A DNA stretch of 36,752 bases from the NCBI GenBank assembly GCA_001275005.1, contig JWZX01003043.1, positions 1 through 36,752 on the forward strand. The letters run 5' to 3'. The notes below the pieces were generated by a model, which ran no database searches, had not been told where the DNA came from, and saw only the letters and a list, made by a program, of their open reading frames with translations. The translations under genes and the position numbers were made by a program. Position 1 is the first letter of the stretch; each line of letters starts with the position of its first letter. The stretch comes from Chrysochromulina tobinii. Lineage: Eukaryota. Shown one piece after another: positions 1 through 9,171 of the stretch.

Positions 1-406
1 GGGACGGTGGTGGCGGTGAAGGTGGAGGTGGTGATGGAGGCGGGGGAGAGGGTGATGGAGGCGGGGGGGAGGGCGGCGGTGGCGGCGGCGGCGGGGTGCA
101 CGGTAGATAAGCTAAACCGGCAGTTATCGAAGGGGCGGCCGATGGGCAACCAACGCGGCCTCCATACACGTAGCAGATCCATCCATACACGCCGCTATTG
201 AAGCAGCCACAACGCGAATTGATCACATCGATTCCGCTGTCTGAGGCGCATCCCATTAAGCTGGTTATACAATCACAGCCATTTATCAAGGGTGGCGGCG
301 GCGACGGTGAGGGCGGCGGCGGCGACGGTGAGGGCGATTCCGAGGTTGTAACAGGCATGATCGATAGGATCAGCAGCGCGAGTGGGCCGAGCCACTGGAA
401 CGTCAT
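1..406 (-). CDS. Secreted Ser-Pro-rich (extensin/pherophorin-like) protein with a small Cys-rich module; runs off the left edge of the window
   Basis: Not in the ORF track because it has no stop inside the window. Manual translation from the ATG at 406 gives MTFQWLGPLALLILSIMPVTTSE (signal-peptide-like), then SPSPSPPPPSPSPPPP, then LINGCDCITSLMGCASDSGIDVINSRCGCFNSGVYGWICYVYGGRVGCPSAAPSITAGLAYLPCT, then (SPPPP)n. Confidence 0.8.
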   Translation of the reverse strand, partial: MTFQWLGPLALLILSIMPVTTSESPSPSPPPPSPSPPPPLINGCDCITSLMGCASDSGIDVINSRCGCFNSGVYGWICYVYGGRVGCPSAAPSITAGLAYLPCTPPPPPPPPSPPPPSPSPPPPSPPPPSPPPPS

Positions 407-850
407 TTTGTGTGGGTTTTTTTGCGACTCCGTGATTGAAAGCCGTGTGAGCTCAACTAAATCCTTGGGCCCCGAAGTTTGCGTTTCGTCGATGGAATGC
501 AATCGGTGACCAAAAGACGCTGAGAGTCGTCAAAGGTTCGGTACCGACATAAAATGCATGCAACGAATTAACGTAGTTTTTCGAGTTCAATGTATCGCGT
601 CCGGAGAGACCAAGTCGCCGAAATGATCAGCCAAATGTGAAATGAGAAATCAGAAAACAGAAATGTGAGCCGACACTTCACTCTTCAGTATCTCCTTTCG
701 TTTCCGGAGACCGGACACCAACTGACTCAACTCTCTCTAGAAGCGGCGCCAATTGAGCGGCGCGCGACCGCACAACCTTCCCTCCGCCGGACAGGGATAC
801 CGTGTGGTCGGGTACATTGTACACAGGTTGTTCAGTTGGTTGTTCTCACC

Positions 851-2113
851 TCACGACCACCCACCGCGGTACGGTCCACGGGCGGGTTTGGAAGCCCTCT
901 CAGCAGCACCGCTCGGCCCACTCATGGGCCCACTCGGCTGCTGGGCAAGCGGCGCACCCCCCATCCACCACGCCTCAAGCTCGTCCCTCTCGAGGCTCGA
1001 GACGTGCGCCTCGCTCGGCAGCGCTGCGGCCAACTCGGCGCGCCAGCCGCCGGCATTGGCTTGCTGAGCGGCACGCATGTACGTATCGAACCAGGGCGGA
1101 GGCGCGACCCTCGTTCGCGCCCTCGCGATGGCCGCCTCGCTCGCCGCCGCCGCCTCGCTCGCGCTCGTGTGGCTCAGCATCCGGCGCAGGGAGGCCTCCG
1201 AGAGCGCCGAGAGCAGCAGACGCTCCGCCTCGAGGTACGGAACCGGCTGCTTAGGATTGCGAACGAGAGCGGGCACGTCGGGGTACGGGCTGCCGATGAT
1301 TGCAACGAGCCGCGTGAGCGTCTTCGGGTCGACCGCCAGTCCCGCGTCCGCGAAGAGCGACTGCACGTCCTGCGAGCGCAGACGCGCACGCGAGGCCGTT
1401 GCGTTTTTGGGAAGCCCCAAATGCTGGCGCAGTGCGCGCTGCTCCTCGAGTTTGGGCTTGCCCTTGCCGAGGGCCGAGCCCGCGGCGTCGAGGGCGAGCG
1501 TCGCCTCCGTGGTCAGCACGAGCGTATCAACAAAGTCGCGCATCCGCAAAAGCGCCGGGTTCTTGCCAGTGCCGCGCACAAAGGTTGGGTGTGCCTCATC
1601 GCTCGAGGTGGGCAGCCGCACCTTGAAGCCGGGCACCAGGCGCAGGCCGCGCAGCGCCGTTAGTGCTTCAGCCACAACGTGCCCAGGCACCTCGAAGCCA
1701 CCTTCGGCGATCACCGTCCACGCATCCTTGATGTCCTCGTGCACGTGAGCCGGCCACTGCGAGGGCGATCGCAGTATGGCGTACAGGTCGCCTGATTGCT
1801 TGGCCTCACCTTGGCCAAGCGAGGCCAGCGAGCGAAGTGCGTGGAGGGCTGCCTTCGGGCCCGGGGCCAGAATTTTGGGGCCGCGCTTCGCTTTCACCGT
1901 CATCCGTCGCGGAGGCTCTCCCTTCGTCGCTGTTGACTCTCCCTTATGCGACTCAACCTCGCAGAACAAGCGGCCGGCCGAGACTTTCCCCACAAGCAAG
2001 CTTCCCCACAACCCCTGTCCCGGTTTTACGCGATCCCGTTGGACGTCTATTGGACGTCCATTCTGCTCGGTGCTGAGAGTGTCGTCTGGTATCAGATAGC
2101 CGTGGCCTCGCAT
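851..2113 (-). CDS. Hypothetical protein, possibly with an N-terminal cold-shock/OB-like segment
   Basis: 420-aa ORF with ordinary globular composition. The N-terminus (RGHGYLIPDD...PIDV...LFCEVESHKG) loosely resembles the CSD/OB RNP1-like KGFGFI motif. The start is uncertain. Confidence 0.55.
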   Translation of the reverse strand: MRGHGYLIPDDTLSTEQNGRPIDVQRDRVKPGQGLWGSLLVGKVSAGRLFCEVESHKGESTATKGEPPRRMTVKAKRGPKILAPGPKAALHALRSLASLGQGEAKQSGDLYAILRSPSQWPAHVHEDIKDAWTVIAEGGFEVPGHVVAEALTALRGLRLVPGFKVRLPTSSDEAHPTFVRGTGKNPALLRMRDFVDTLVLTTEATLALDAAGSALGKGKPKLEEQRALRQHLGLPKNATASRARLRSQDVQSLFADAGLAVDPKTLTRLVAIIGSPYPDVPALVRNPKQPVPYLEAERLLLSALSEASLRRMLSHTSASEAAAASEAAIARARTRVAPPPWFDTYMRAAQQANAGGWRAELAAALPSEAHVSSLERDELEAWWMGGAPLAQQPSGPMSGPSGAAERASKPARGPYRGGWS

Positions 2114-2507
2114 GATCTGAAACGTGCCCCAAAAAATTCACACATAATCGAAACCGCCACCCCCGCAAATTCCAAATACAGATAACTTGGGTACTCGAAA
2201 AGTCTCGATAAACGTCGATAATTCCTGATTTTTCCCATTCGCCGAACGCTGTGATATCTATGTTTTATAGCAATCGACGGATCCGGACCACAAACCTTGC
2301 AAAAACCTTGCCACAAACACAAACGTTCCCGCACGAATTCCCCCGACATTGGACATACTGATTAGGTACGTCAGCGAGAAACCAGCGAGAAACCAGCGAG
2401 TCTCCACGGAATCACTCCGCTTTCCTCGTCTACGTTCGTAACAAGCCTCGGTCCGAGCTCTGCCGAGGCCCACAGAGATCTGCACGCCTCGCCGCCCGCG
2501 TGCGGCG

Positions 2508-3066
2508 TCAGAAAGCCGCCTGGTGTAGCCTGGGATCGCGCGCCACACGCTTGAGGTTGTCGAGCGACACGCCGTACTTCTTTTCGTATTTGAATGCCGC
2601 GGTGGATTGCCTCGCCTCTGTCGCGCGTTTCGCCTCTGCCTCCCGGACTGCCTGCGCTTCGACCTCACGAGCGATGGCCCTCCATCGCCTCGGCGCGCTT
2701 TGCTGCCTCTCTGCTCTTTGCTTCGAGCTCTGCGGCCTTCGCCTCCATCTCCCTAGTCTGCTGCTGCTGCTGCCTTCTCACTTCCCTGGTGCGCGCGGCC
2801 GCGTCCTCTTGCGTGCTCAGAGGCAAGGGAGAGAGCGTCGGTGCAGCGGTTGAACGCGGCCCAAGTCGAGGATAACATGGCGTGTCGGGGCCCGCATGCT
2901 TATCTTCCCAGCGCGTGCGGTCATTCTCCACTTTGTTGTTCCAGCTCACGGGGCCGGTTGCGTCTGGCTTATTGAAGAAGAACGCGCCTGAAGCATGCGG
3001 GTGCTGGCCGCGGAACGTGGCTGATGATCGGTTGACACCTACATTTTCGTTGCCGAAGAACTCCAT
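2508..3066 (-). CDS. Small coiled-coil hypothetical protein with an apparent 1-nt frameshift at 2678-2680
   Basis: The ATG at 3066 reads MEFFGNENVG...REMEAKAAELEAKSREAAKRAEAME and then stops at EGHRS*. Removing one G of the GGG at 2678-2680 continues it seamlessly as AIAREVEAQAVREAEAKRATEARQSTAAFKYEKKYGVSLDNLKRVARDPRLHQAAF* (stop 2508-2510). Confidence 0.55.
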
Positions 3067-3081
3067 CGTTCGCGTGGAGTT

Positions 3082-3197
3082 CTGCAGCCGCACGTAGGTC
3101 ACGGGCGAAGAACCAGGGCAAAGATCACAGCGCGCCTCTGGACAAGAAAGGTACCGTCACCACACCGATCGAGCGACGGGAGAGGGGCGAGACTCAC
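3082..3197 (-). other. Putative 5'-UTR intron of the 2508-3066 gene
   Basis: On the minus strand, a G|GTGAGT donor at 3197 and a CTGCAG| acceptor at 3082, 15 nt upstream of the ATG. Confidence 0.45.
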
Positions 3198-3402
3198 CGC
3201 CGAAGTCCAAGTTTCGTTTACCCGTACAGTATAGCTTGAAGCTTCGAACGAAATGGAAATCGAAACAAGCCGAGGAAATCTCGATTCCGGTTCCGCCGTT
3301 CCTCGGCGGACTCTACGACAAACAGTACTTCTCTCGTTACTCTCGCTCGGCCGACGTTAAACGACATGTATGTGAACACGAGTACGCTGGCGCGCGATGA
3401 CG

Positions 3403-4803
3403 TCAAATAAACTCAACCCTTCTCACGTTCACCAGCCGGGCCTCAGCCGCGTCAATGACCGCAAACCCCTCGGCGATGCTCCTGAGCTCATTGAGCCCGG
3501 CGGCCGTCTGGTACGAGGGCGTCGAGTAGGGGCTCGCGAGGTTACGTACGTTCCACGCGACGACGACGCCACGCTCATCGAGCACGGGGCCGCCCGAGTG
3601 CCCCGGCATCACGAGCCCCTGGAACTTGAGCCAGTTGCCATGCTCATCATGGTGCGGCCCAACGTACTCGCCAAAGGTGGGCGTGGGCGTGTCGCCGCCG
3701 CCGAGCGGGTATCCGAGGGAGAAGAGCCTCTGGCCAAGTACAAGCGGCTCGGGCGGCGGCGTGCGCGCGAGCGTGAAGCATCGCGTCGAGATGAGCGGAG
3801 TCTCAGCGGGCGATGGGCCGCGCCCTCCGAGCTTGCGCACCGCCCGCAGCACGGCCGCATCGGCCACGTCCGCTTCGAGTAGCAGCGCGCCTGTGCTCGG
3901 TCGTGGTCTCTTGGTGGAGGGATCGAGATTGGCCGTGTTCCAGTCGTTGGTGTGCGCGAGCGCCTCGACGACCCATGAGGTATGCCAATCCGTCTCACCG
4001 CCTACGTACAAGCTCGCCACCAAGCACGCGCGCGACGACACATCGTGCTTGCCTGCGCCGCTGCCGGCGCCGTGTGGGTGGGCTCTGTCGGCTGCGGCTT
4101 CGTCGCCGAGGATGTCGACTATCCGCTGCGCGGCGCTGCGCACGTGGTCGCAGGTGAAGACGAGAGAGTGCGCGGCATTGACGAGGAATCCACTGCCCAG
4201 CGGACGCACGTCCCAGGTGCTCCCCCCCTCAAAGGTGACACGTTTCCAATGGGGGCCGCGCGAGGGACGCGCCGTACTGGCGGACAGTGCGGCACCAATC
4301 TGCATGAGCCCACGGCGCATCCACTCCTCTATTGGCGGGCGCAGCGTTGGCGCCGCATAGAAGGTCGTCGGCGGCTCAGGCGCGTCACCGAGGCCCCTGA
4401 CCACGAACACCACGTCCTTCTCGGCATGGTTGTCGTCGTACAGGTACGCGAAGCCGCCGTGGGGCCAGCGCCGCCCGTCGTCCAGCCCCGTGCCGAGTGG
4501 CTCGTACGGTTTCACCCAAAAGAAGCAGCGCACCCCCTTCGCCTTGAGAAGGTCGAGCGTCACCTTATGATGCACCGAAACACCCGCGAGTCCATGCGGT
4601 GCGAGCCAATTGGTGCGTGCCTGCAGTGGCTCGTCCAAAGAAAGCTTACGGAAGCACAGGCCACGCTGCTCACGCGATGGCCACAGGCACTTGACGGCGC
4701 AGATCGGCTCGATCGGGCGCACCTCGCGACGGATCTCCCGAATCTCCGACGAGCCGATCGACGCCCCTGCTGGCACCGCCTCATCGCCCGCGCCGCCACC
4801 CAT

Positions 4804-4839
<36 letters not shown>

Positions 4840-6723
4840 TGCGCTCGTTCGCGTGCCCAGCGGTGCGGGCAATTCGACCTCAACGATGGCGAGCGAGTCG
4901 GGGAGCCTCTCGGCGCGAAAGAGGCGCTGTTCGCTCACGTACAGGTGATGAGTGCGCTGCTCGTCGCCGAGCTCGCACAGCTTGGCGATCTCGGCGTTGC
5001 GGTGCGGGTCGCTGATGGGCTCCCAGGTGCCCGGGGCGACCTCGGCCTCGTACTGCGGCTTGGCCTCAAAATAGACGAACCCACCCGCGCTCAGAAGCGA
5101 CTCGGCAAAGAAGCAGTCCATACGTGCGAGGGAGAAGCAGTCCAAGTCCCTGGGGCGTCCAGCTTGGCGCTGTAGCGCCGAGACGACTACGTCACGTGCC
5201 TCCGCGGGCAAAGGGTAGACGAAGGCATACTCCGAGGCGCGGTCGGGGATGCCAAGCTGCCGCTTGAGCTCCTGCGGGAGAGTCATGAAGTGCTTGCCCG
5301 ACACCGCGCCCGTCGCGACGTGTGTGGGCACGCCGGGGATGTCGAGCATGTAAGCCCCTCCCAGCATCGGCGCGTCCTCGACGAAACTCCGAGCGATCAC
5401 CTGTGGGGAAGTAGGGGCGCCGAGGTGAGCGTTTGCATGCAAGCCGACGAAGCTCCGAGCGATCACCTGGTCAAAGCTCACGCGCAGCCCGAGGCTTGAG
5501 AAGTTGACGGGACCGAATTCAAATGGGCCAAGCTCCTCGAGCGCTGTGGGGTTTAGGTCGAGGGCCGTGGCGGAGCCGAGCGCCGTGGTGGGCACACCGA
5601 GTGCGCGCTGTCGTGGCGACGCGGATTGCAGGGCGCCGCACGTCGGGCAGGCGAGGCACGTGGGCGGGTGCAGATGCGGGATGCTGTCGCTGCTGCTGCT
5701 GCTGCCGCCGCCGCCGCCCATCTCAGCGCCTGCATCCAGGCCGTGCATCACGCGTGACACGTGAGCGGTGGGTGCAGACACGGCACGGCGCAGCTGCGGC
5801 ATCGGTTCACGCGCCGTGTCAGGCATCGGGTGGCGCGACGCTGCCCCGGTGGAGGCGAACGGCCGCAGCCCGGGCGGCACCATGCCATTGGCGCTGAAGG
5901 CATCAAGAGCCGCAGAGGGGACGGCGATGGTGGAGGTGGATGCGCTCGGGATGGCGCTTGGGATCACTTGGGTTGCGGCAGCGGTACCGGTAGGCTCTTC
6001 CTCAACCTCACCTCCATGCCGACGCCGCTTCGCCAGCGGCACGTCCGAGTCCGCCTCCATGCCCGCCTCGGGTGAACCGGCGGCGGGCAGGCGCGCCGCC
6101 TCGGCCGCCGGTTGCAACTCTCGAGCTATAGTCAGCAGGTGGGCGGCCAGCGCGCGCTGGAGCACCAGGCCCCCTGGCAGTGCAGGCCGCACCACCTGCC
6201 GTGCAATCGCGCGATCGCGCCGCCGCCCGTGCGTGTCGAGCATCGGCCGTCCGTCGGGATGGATGGCCGTCTGCTTGTAGTTGACCAGGTCGATCTCACG
6301 ATCGCCGTGCATGCGCAAGCGCACCTTGGGCGCACCGCTCGCCAGGCTCCTTTCTAAGAGCTTGCACAGGTCCTCGCCGCTCTCGTCGTCAGCACGCTGC
6401 ATGGGACGCCAACCGATGGGCGGCGATTCGTGTTCGTCATTCCACCACACCCAGCGGAGAAGCTTGCTGGTGTTATCCGACTGGCGGCGGATTGGAACGA
6501 TCTCGCTCGCTCTCTGCTGCGACATTGTGCCCAGGTCTACAGCGCGCTGATCTGAGCCCACGCGCACCGAACTGTGCCCGCTGCGCCACGATGCCTCAAG
6601 TACCTTGCACTGCGCCGGCGGGAAGTGTTGCCAACCCCATGTCTGCACGCACCCCCACCAGTACCATTGGGGGTCGAGCTGCGCCGGCGGCGGCGCCGAA
6701 GGCAACTCGGATATAGACAACAT
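3403..6723 (-). CDS. Tandem WWE-domain protein with a C-terminal trypsin-like (Trypsin_2/HtrA-type fold) serine protease; probable 66-nt intron at 5401-5466
   Basis: WWE1: QWYWWG..WGWQHFPPAQCKVLEASW..VRV..RAVDLGTMSQQR..VPIRR. WWE2: RWVWWND..GWRPM..CKLLERSL..REIDLVNYKQ..RAIAR. Protease: GSGFLV, TCDHV (His 4144-4146), DAAVL (Asp 3859-3861), LGYP, PGHSGGPVLD (Ser 3595-3597). Confidence 0.85.
5401..5466 (-). other. Putative 66-nt GT-AG intron flanked by a 25-nt direct repeat
   Basis: Minus strand CAG|GTGATCGCTCGGAGCTTCGTCG...CCTACTTCCCCACAG|GTGATCGCTCGGAGTTTCGTCG. The repeats at 5379-5403 and 5445-5469 match at 24/25 positions. Unspliced, it shows as QVIARSFV twice. It is in frame, so splicing is not obligatory. 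Confidence 0.7.
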
Positions 6724-7325
6724 AGGGCGAGCCGATGCGGACCGACACCACGCCCGCCGCGACGGCCGCGTCGACGTAAAGCAGCAGTCTCGCCTGAACA
6801 GCCGAGAGGAGAGAGGGGGGAGTGTGAATAGCTCGTTTTACTATTGTAACACTCGGAAGCCAACGGCCTTATCGGAACAGGACTGGGTCCCGAGGGTGTG
6901 AACCGTCAGGGTAGCTATGTCCGGGTCCCCCAAAAGTATACCGGGGTCTTCCCGGCCCGCCCGCTTCGCGCTTCAATAAACGGCGCCGCACTGCGGGTGC
7001 GGCTGTGAGTGAAAGTTGATCGTATTAGTGATGGTTTTTGGATCAGTTTTCGCCGCACCGCACAATCGAGCGCCCCCCCCCCGCCGCCGCGCGCACGGTA
7101 CGTTAGGGTTAGCTCGCCCCACCATTTACGGCGCGCACGCTTCTCTGGCCGCCCCCATCCGTGCCAGCGGCACCTCCCCCCCGGCCAGCCCCGCCGCTAC
7201 CTGTTATACTGTGCTGATCCCTTTCGCGCACACTTGTCGGTGTGACATGTTCTGATCTCAGGCCGAGTCCGCATCCACGACCACATGCACATGGACAAAT
7301 GCTACCGCTTCGCCTTCCCCACTCC

Positions 7326-7467
7326 CGGGCATGCCTCACAATCCAAAGCGCCGTCTCGGGCACGCATCACAATCCGAAGCGCCGTCTCGGGCATGCCTCA
7401 CAATCCGAAGCGCCGTCCCGGGCACGCATCACAATCCGAAGCGCCGTCTCGGGCATGCATCACGATC
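7326..7467. repeat. 31-bp minisatellite, about 4.5 copies, with alternating variants (62-bp higher-order unit)
   Basis: Units of CGGGCA(T/C)GC(C/A)TCACAATCC(A/G)AAGCGCCGTC(T/C) start at 7326, 7357, 7388 and 7419, with a partial unit at 7450. Confidence 0.9.
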
Positions 7468-9121
7468 AGAGCGGGGCTCTCATGCGACACGGCGGCCATC
7501 CGCGACGCCATGGGCGAGGCGGACGAGAGCGCGCACGTGGGCGGGGGCGAGCTCGGCGGCGATCTCATCGTCTCCAGATGTGATCTCGACGGCGATCTCA
7601 TCGTCTCCAGATGAGATTTGAGCGAGGCGAGGGAAGTGCTCAGCGCAGCGCTACTCGGGTCGATCGAGCCGCTCGACCCGAGCGTCGCTAGGTGGCGAGC
7701 GGCAAAGGCGGCAGCGCCCCGCGACGGCGGGTGCATCGGGATAGCCGCCACGCTGCGAGGAGCGAGCATACTCTGATCGGAGAGGGCTGCCCTTGGCGAT
7801 GCCGCGTACGTGTCGGAGAGGTCGCACCTGTGCAGCGGCGTGGGCGGGGCTGAGGGCAGAGCCGATGCCGCCACCGACGCCGCCGCCGCCGCCGCCGCTG
7901 CATCTGCCACCGCCGCAGCACTGCCCGTGCCCGCGCCGAATGCGCCTCTCGCACGCTCATAGAGCTGCTGGGCGCTCTCGTACCGTCCCAGCTCCGAGCT
8001 CGCAATCTTGACGCGCTCCCGGTCTGCGCCAACGAAATTGGCCGCGCTGTGAATCAGCGCGCGCTCGGCGTTACCAACCTGCCAGCGGAGGTCATCAGAG
8101 GTCATCAGAGGTCATCAGAGGCCATCAGAGGTCATCGGAGGTCACCAGAGGCCATCAGAGGCCATCAGAGGCCATCAGAGGCCACCAGAGGCCATCTGAG
8201 GTCGTCAGAGGCCATCAGAGGTCATCAGAGGCCATCAGAGGTCATCAGAGGCCATCAGGGGTCATCAGAATCTGCCAGCGGAGATCTGCCAACCTGCCAG
8301 CGAAGGGTCTCCTCACGGCTCACGCTGGTCGAGCTCCTCAGCCGCTCCTCGTGCAGCCGCAGGTCCAGTTGGCGGCGCTCGTTGAGCGCCAGCGCCAGTG
8401 CCTCCGAAGCTTGAGCACGCTCTTGCTCAAGCATGATTCGATTCTTAGCAAGGTCGTCGGCGCGCTGCGCCACCTGAGCGCAGCGCTGCTCGGCCGCCTC
8501 GCGACGGGTCTGCTCGTCAGCCGCCAGGGTGGTCTGGTGCGCCAGGCGCTCGGTGAGGAAGCGATTCTCGCTGATCGCGATTGCCAGCGCGTCCTCCGCA
8601 CGCCATGCCCGGCCGAGCGCCTCGTCGCGCTGAGCCTCGAGCAGCTGCCGCATGCTGGTCGCCTCCGCGTTCGCCTGGCGGAAAAAGTCCTCAACCTTTC
8701 GCCGCTCGGCCACCGCGGCGCTCAGGTCGTTGAAGAGGCGCAGCCGCTCCTGCTCGCTTTGTGCGGCCGCGCGCGACCATTGTGCCTGGTCCGAGGACTC
8801 TTTGATCAGATGATCGTGCTCCTCCTGCGAGAGCCGCGCTTGCCACGCACCCGCTGCAGCGAGAAGCTGCGAGGACGTCGCCTTGGATTCGGCCAGCTCC
8901 TCCTCGGCGCGCCTCCTACGCTCGTCACTTTCGTCGGCGCGCGCCTCCGCCTGCTGCTGCTTCTCGGCTGCGACCTGCAGCGCCTTCTTGAGCTCCACGA
9001 TCTCGTACTTTTGATTGTCGAGCTTCTCGATCAGGCTGACTCGTTCCTCGCGCAGCTGGGTCACCTGTGTGTGCAGCGGACGGTGCCGGTCCGGCGTGAG
9101 GGGGATGGTGGTGCACGCCAT
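7398..9121 (-). CDS. Coiled-coil protein; exons about 9121-8294 and 8078-7398, with a possible extra GC-AG intron at 9065-9118
   Basis: ORFs 8255-9151 and 7398-8105 join in frame (LRWQ|VGNAERA) when intron 8079-8293 is removed. The sequence is E/Q/R/A-rich and heptad-like. The 3' end runs into the minisatellite and is uncertain. Confidence 0.75.
7557..7613. repeat. In-frame tandem duplication (24-nt identical core, period 33)
   Basis: CGGCGATCTCATCGTCTCCAGATG occurs at 7557 and 7590 and encodes SHLETMRSP twice on the minus strand. Confidence 0.85.
8079..8293 (-). other. 215-nt GT-AG intron made mostly of 18 copies of a 10-nt repeat and flanked by a direct repeat
   Basis: Minus strand CGCTGGCAG|GTTGGCAG...(CTCTGATGRC)n...CGCTGGCAG|GTTGGTAA. 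The array spans 8091-8270, and CCAACCTGCCAGCG occurs at 8074-8087 and 8289-8302. Removal is required to keep the frame. Confidence 0.9.
9065..9118 (-). other. Putative 54-nt GC-AG intron directly after an ATG
   Basis: ATG|GCGTGCACCACCATCCCCCTCACG...GCACACACAG|GTGACC. It is C-rich and interrupts otherwise helical coding sequence, but is in frame and stopless. Confidence 0.45.
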
Positions 9122-9171
9122 TGAAGCTTCAGAACTTTGTCGAACTTGCATGTAACAGACGCCGCTCTTAA

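Noticed and set aside
2120..2400. AT-richer stretch, with a short AGCGAGAAACC repeat, as a transposon remnant or ncRNA
   Set aside because: No terminal repeats, coding remnant or recognisable RNA motif; consistent with ordinary promoter or UTR sequence.
7103..7112. TTAGGGTTAG telomere-like motif
   Set aside because: Fewer than two units; compatible with chance.
7326..7467. 31-bp repeats as a CRISPR array
   Set aside because: The units are head-to-tail without spacers in a eukaryotic context, which makes this a minisatellite.
8091..8270. Regular repeat array as a possible CRISPR or coding repeat (ORF 8049-8414, SEAIRGHQR repeats)
   Set aside because: The units are contiguous 10-mers with no unique spacers and no cas genes nearby. 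The array lies within an intron of the minus-strand gene, so the plus-strand ORF is a shadow.
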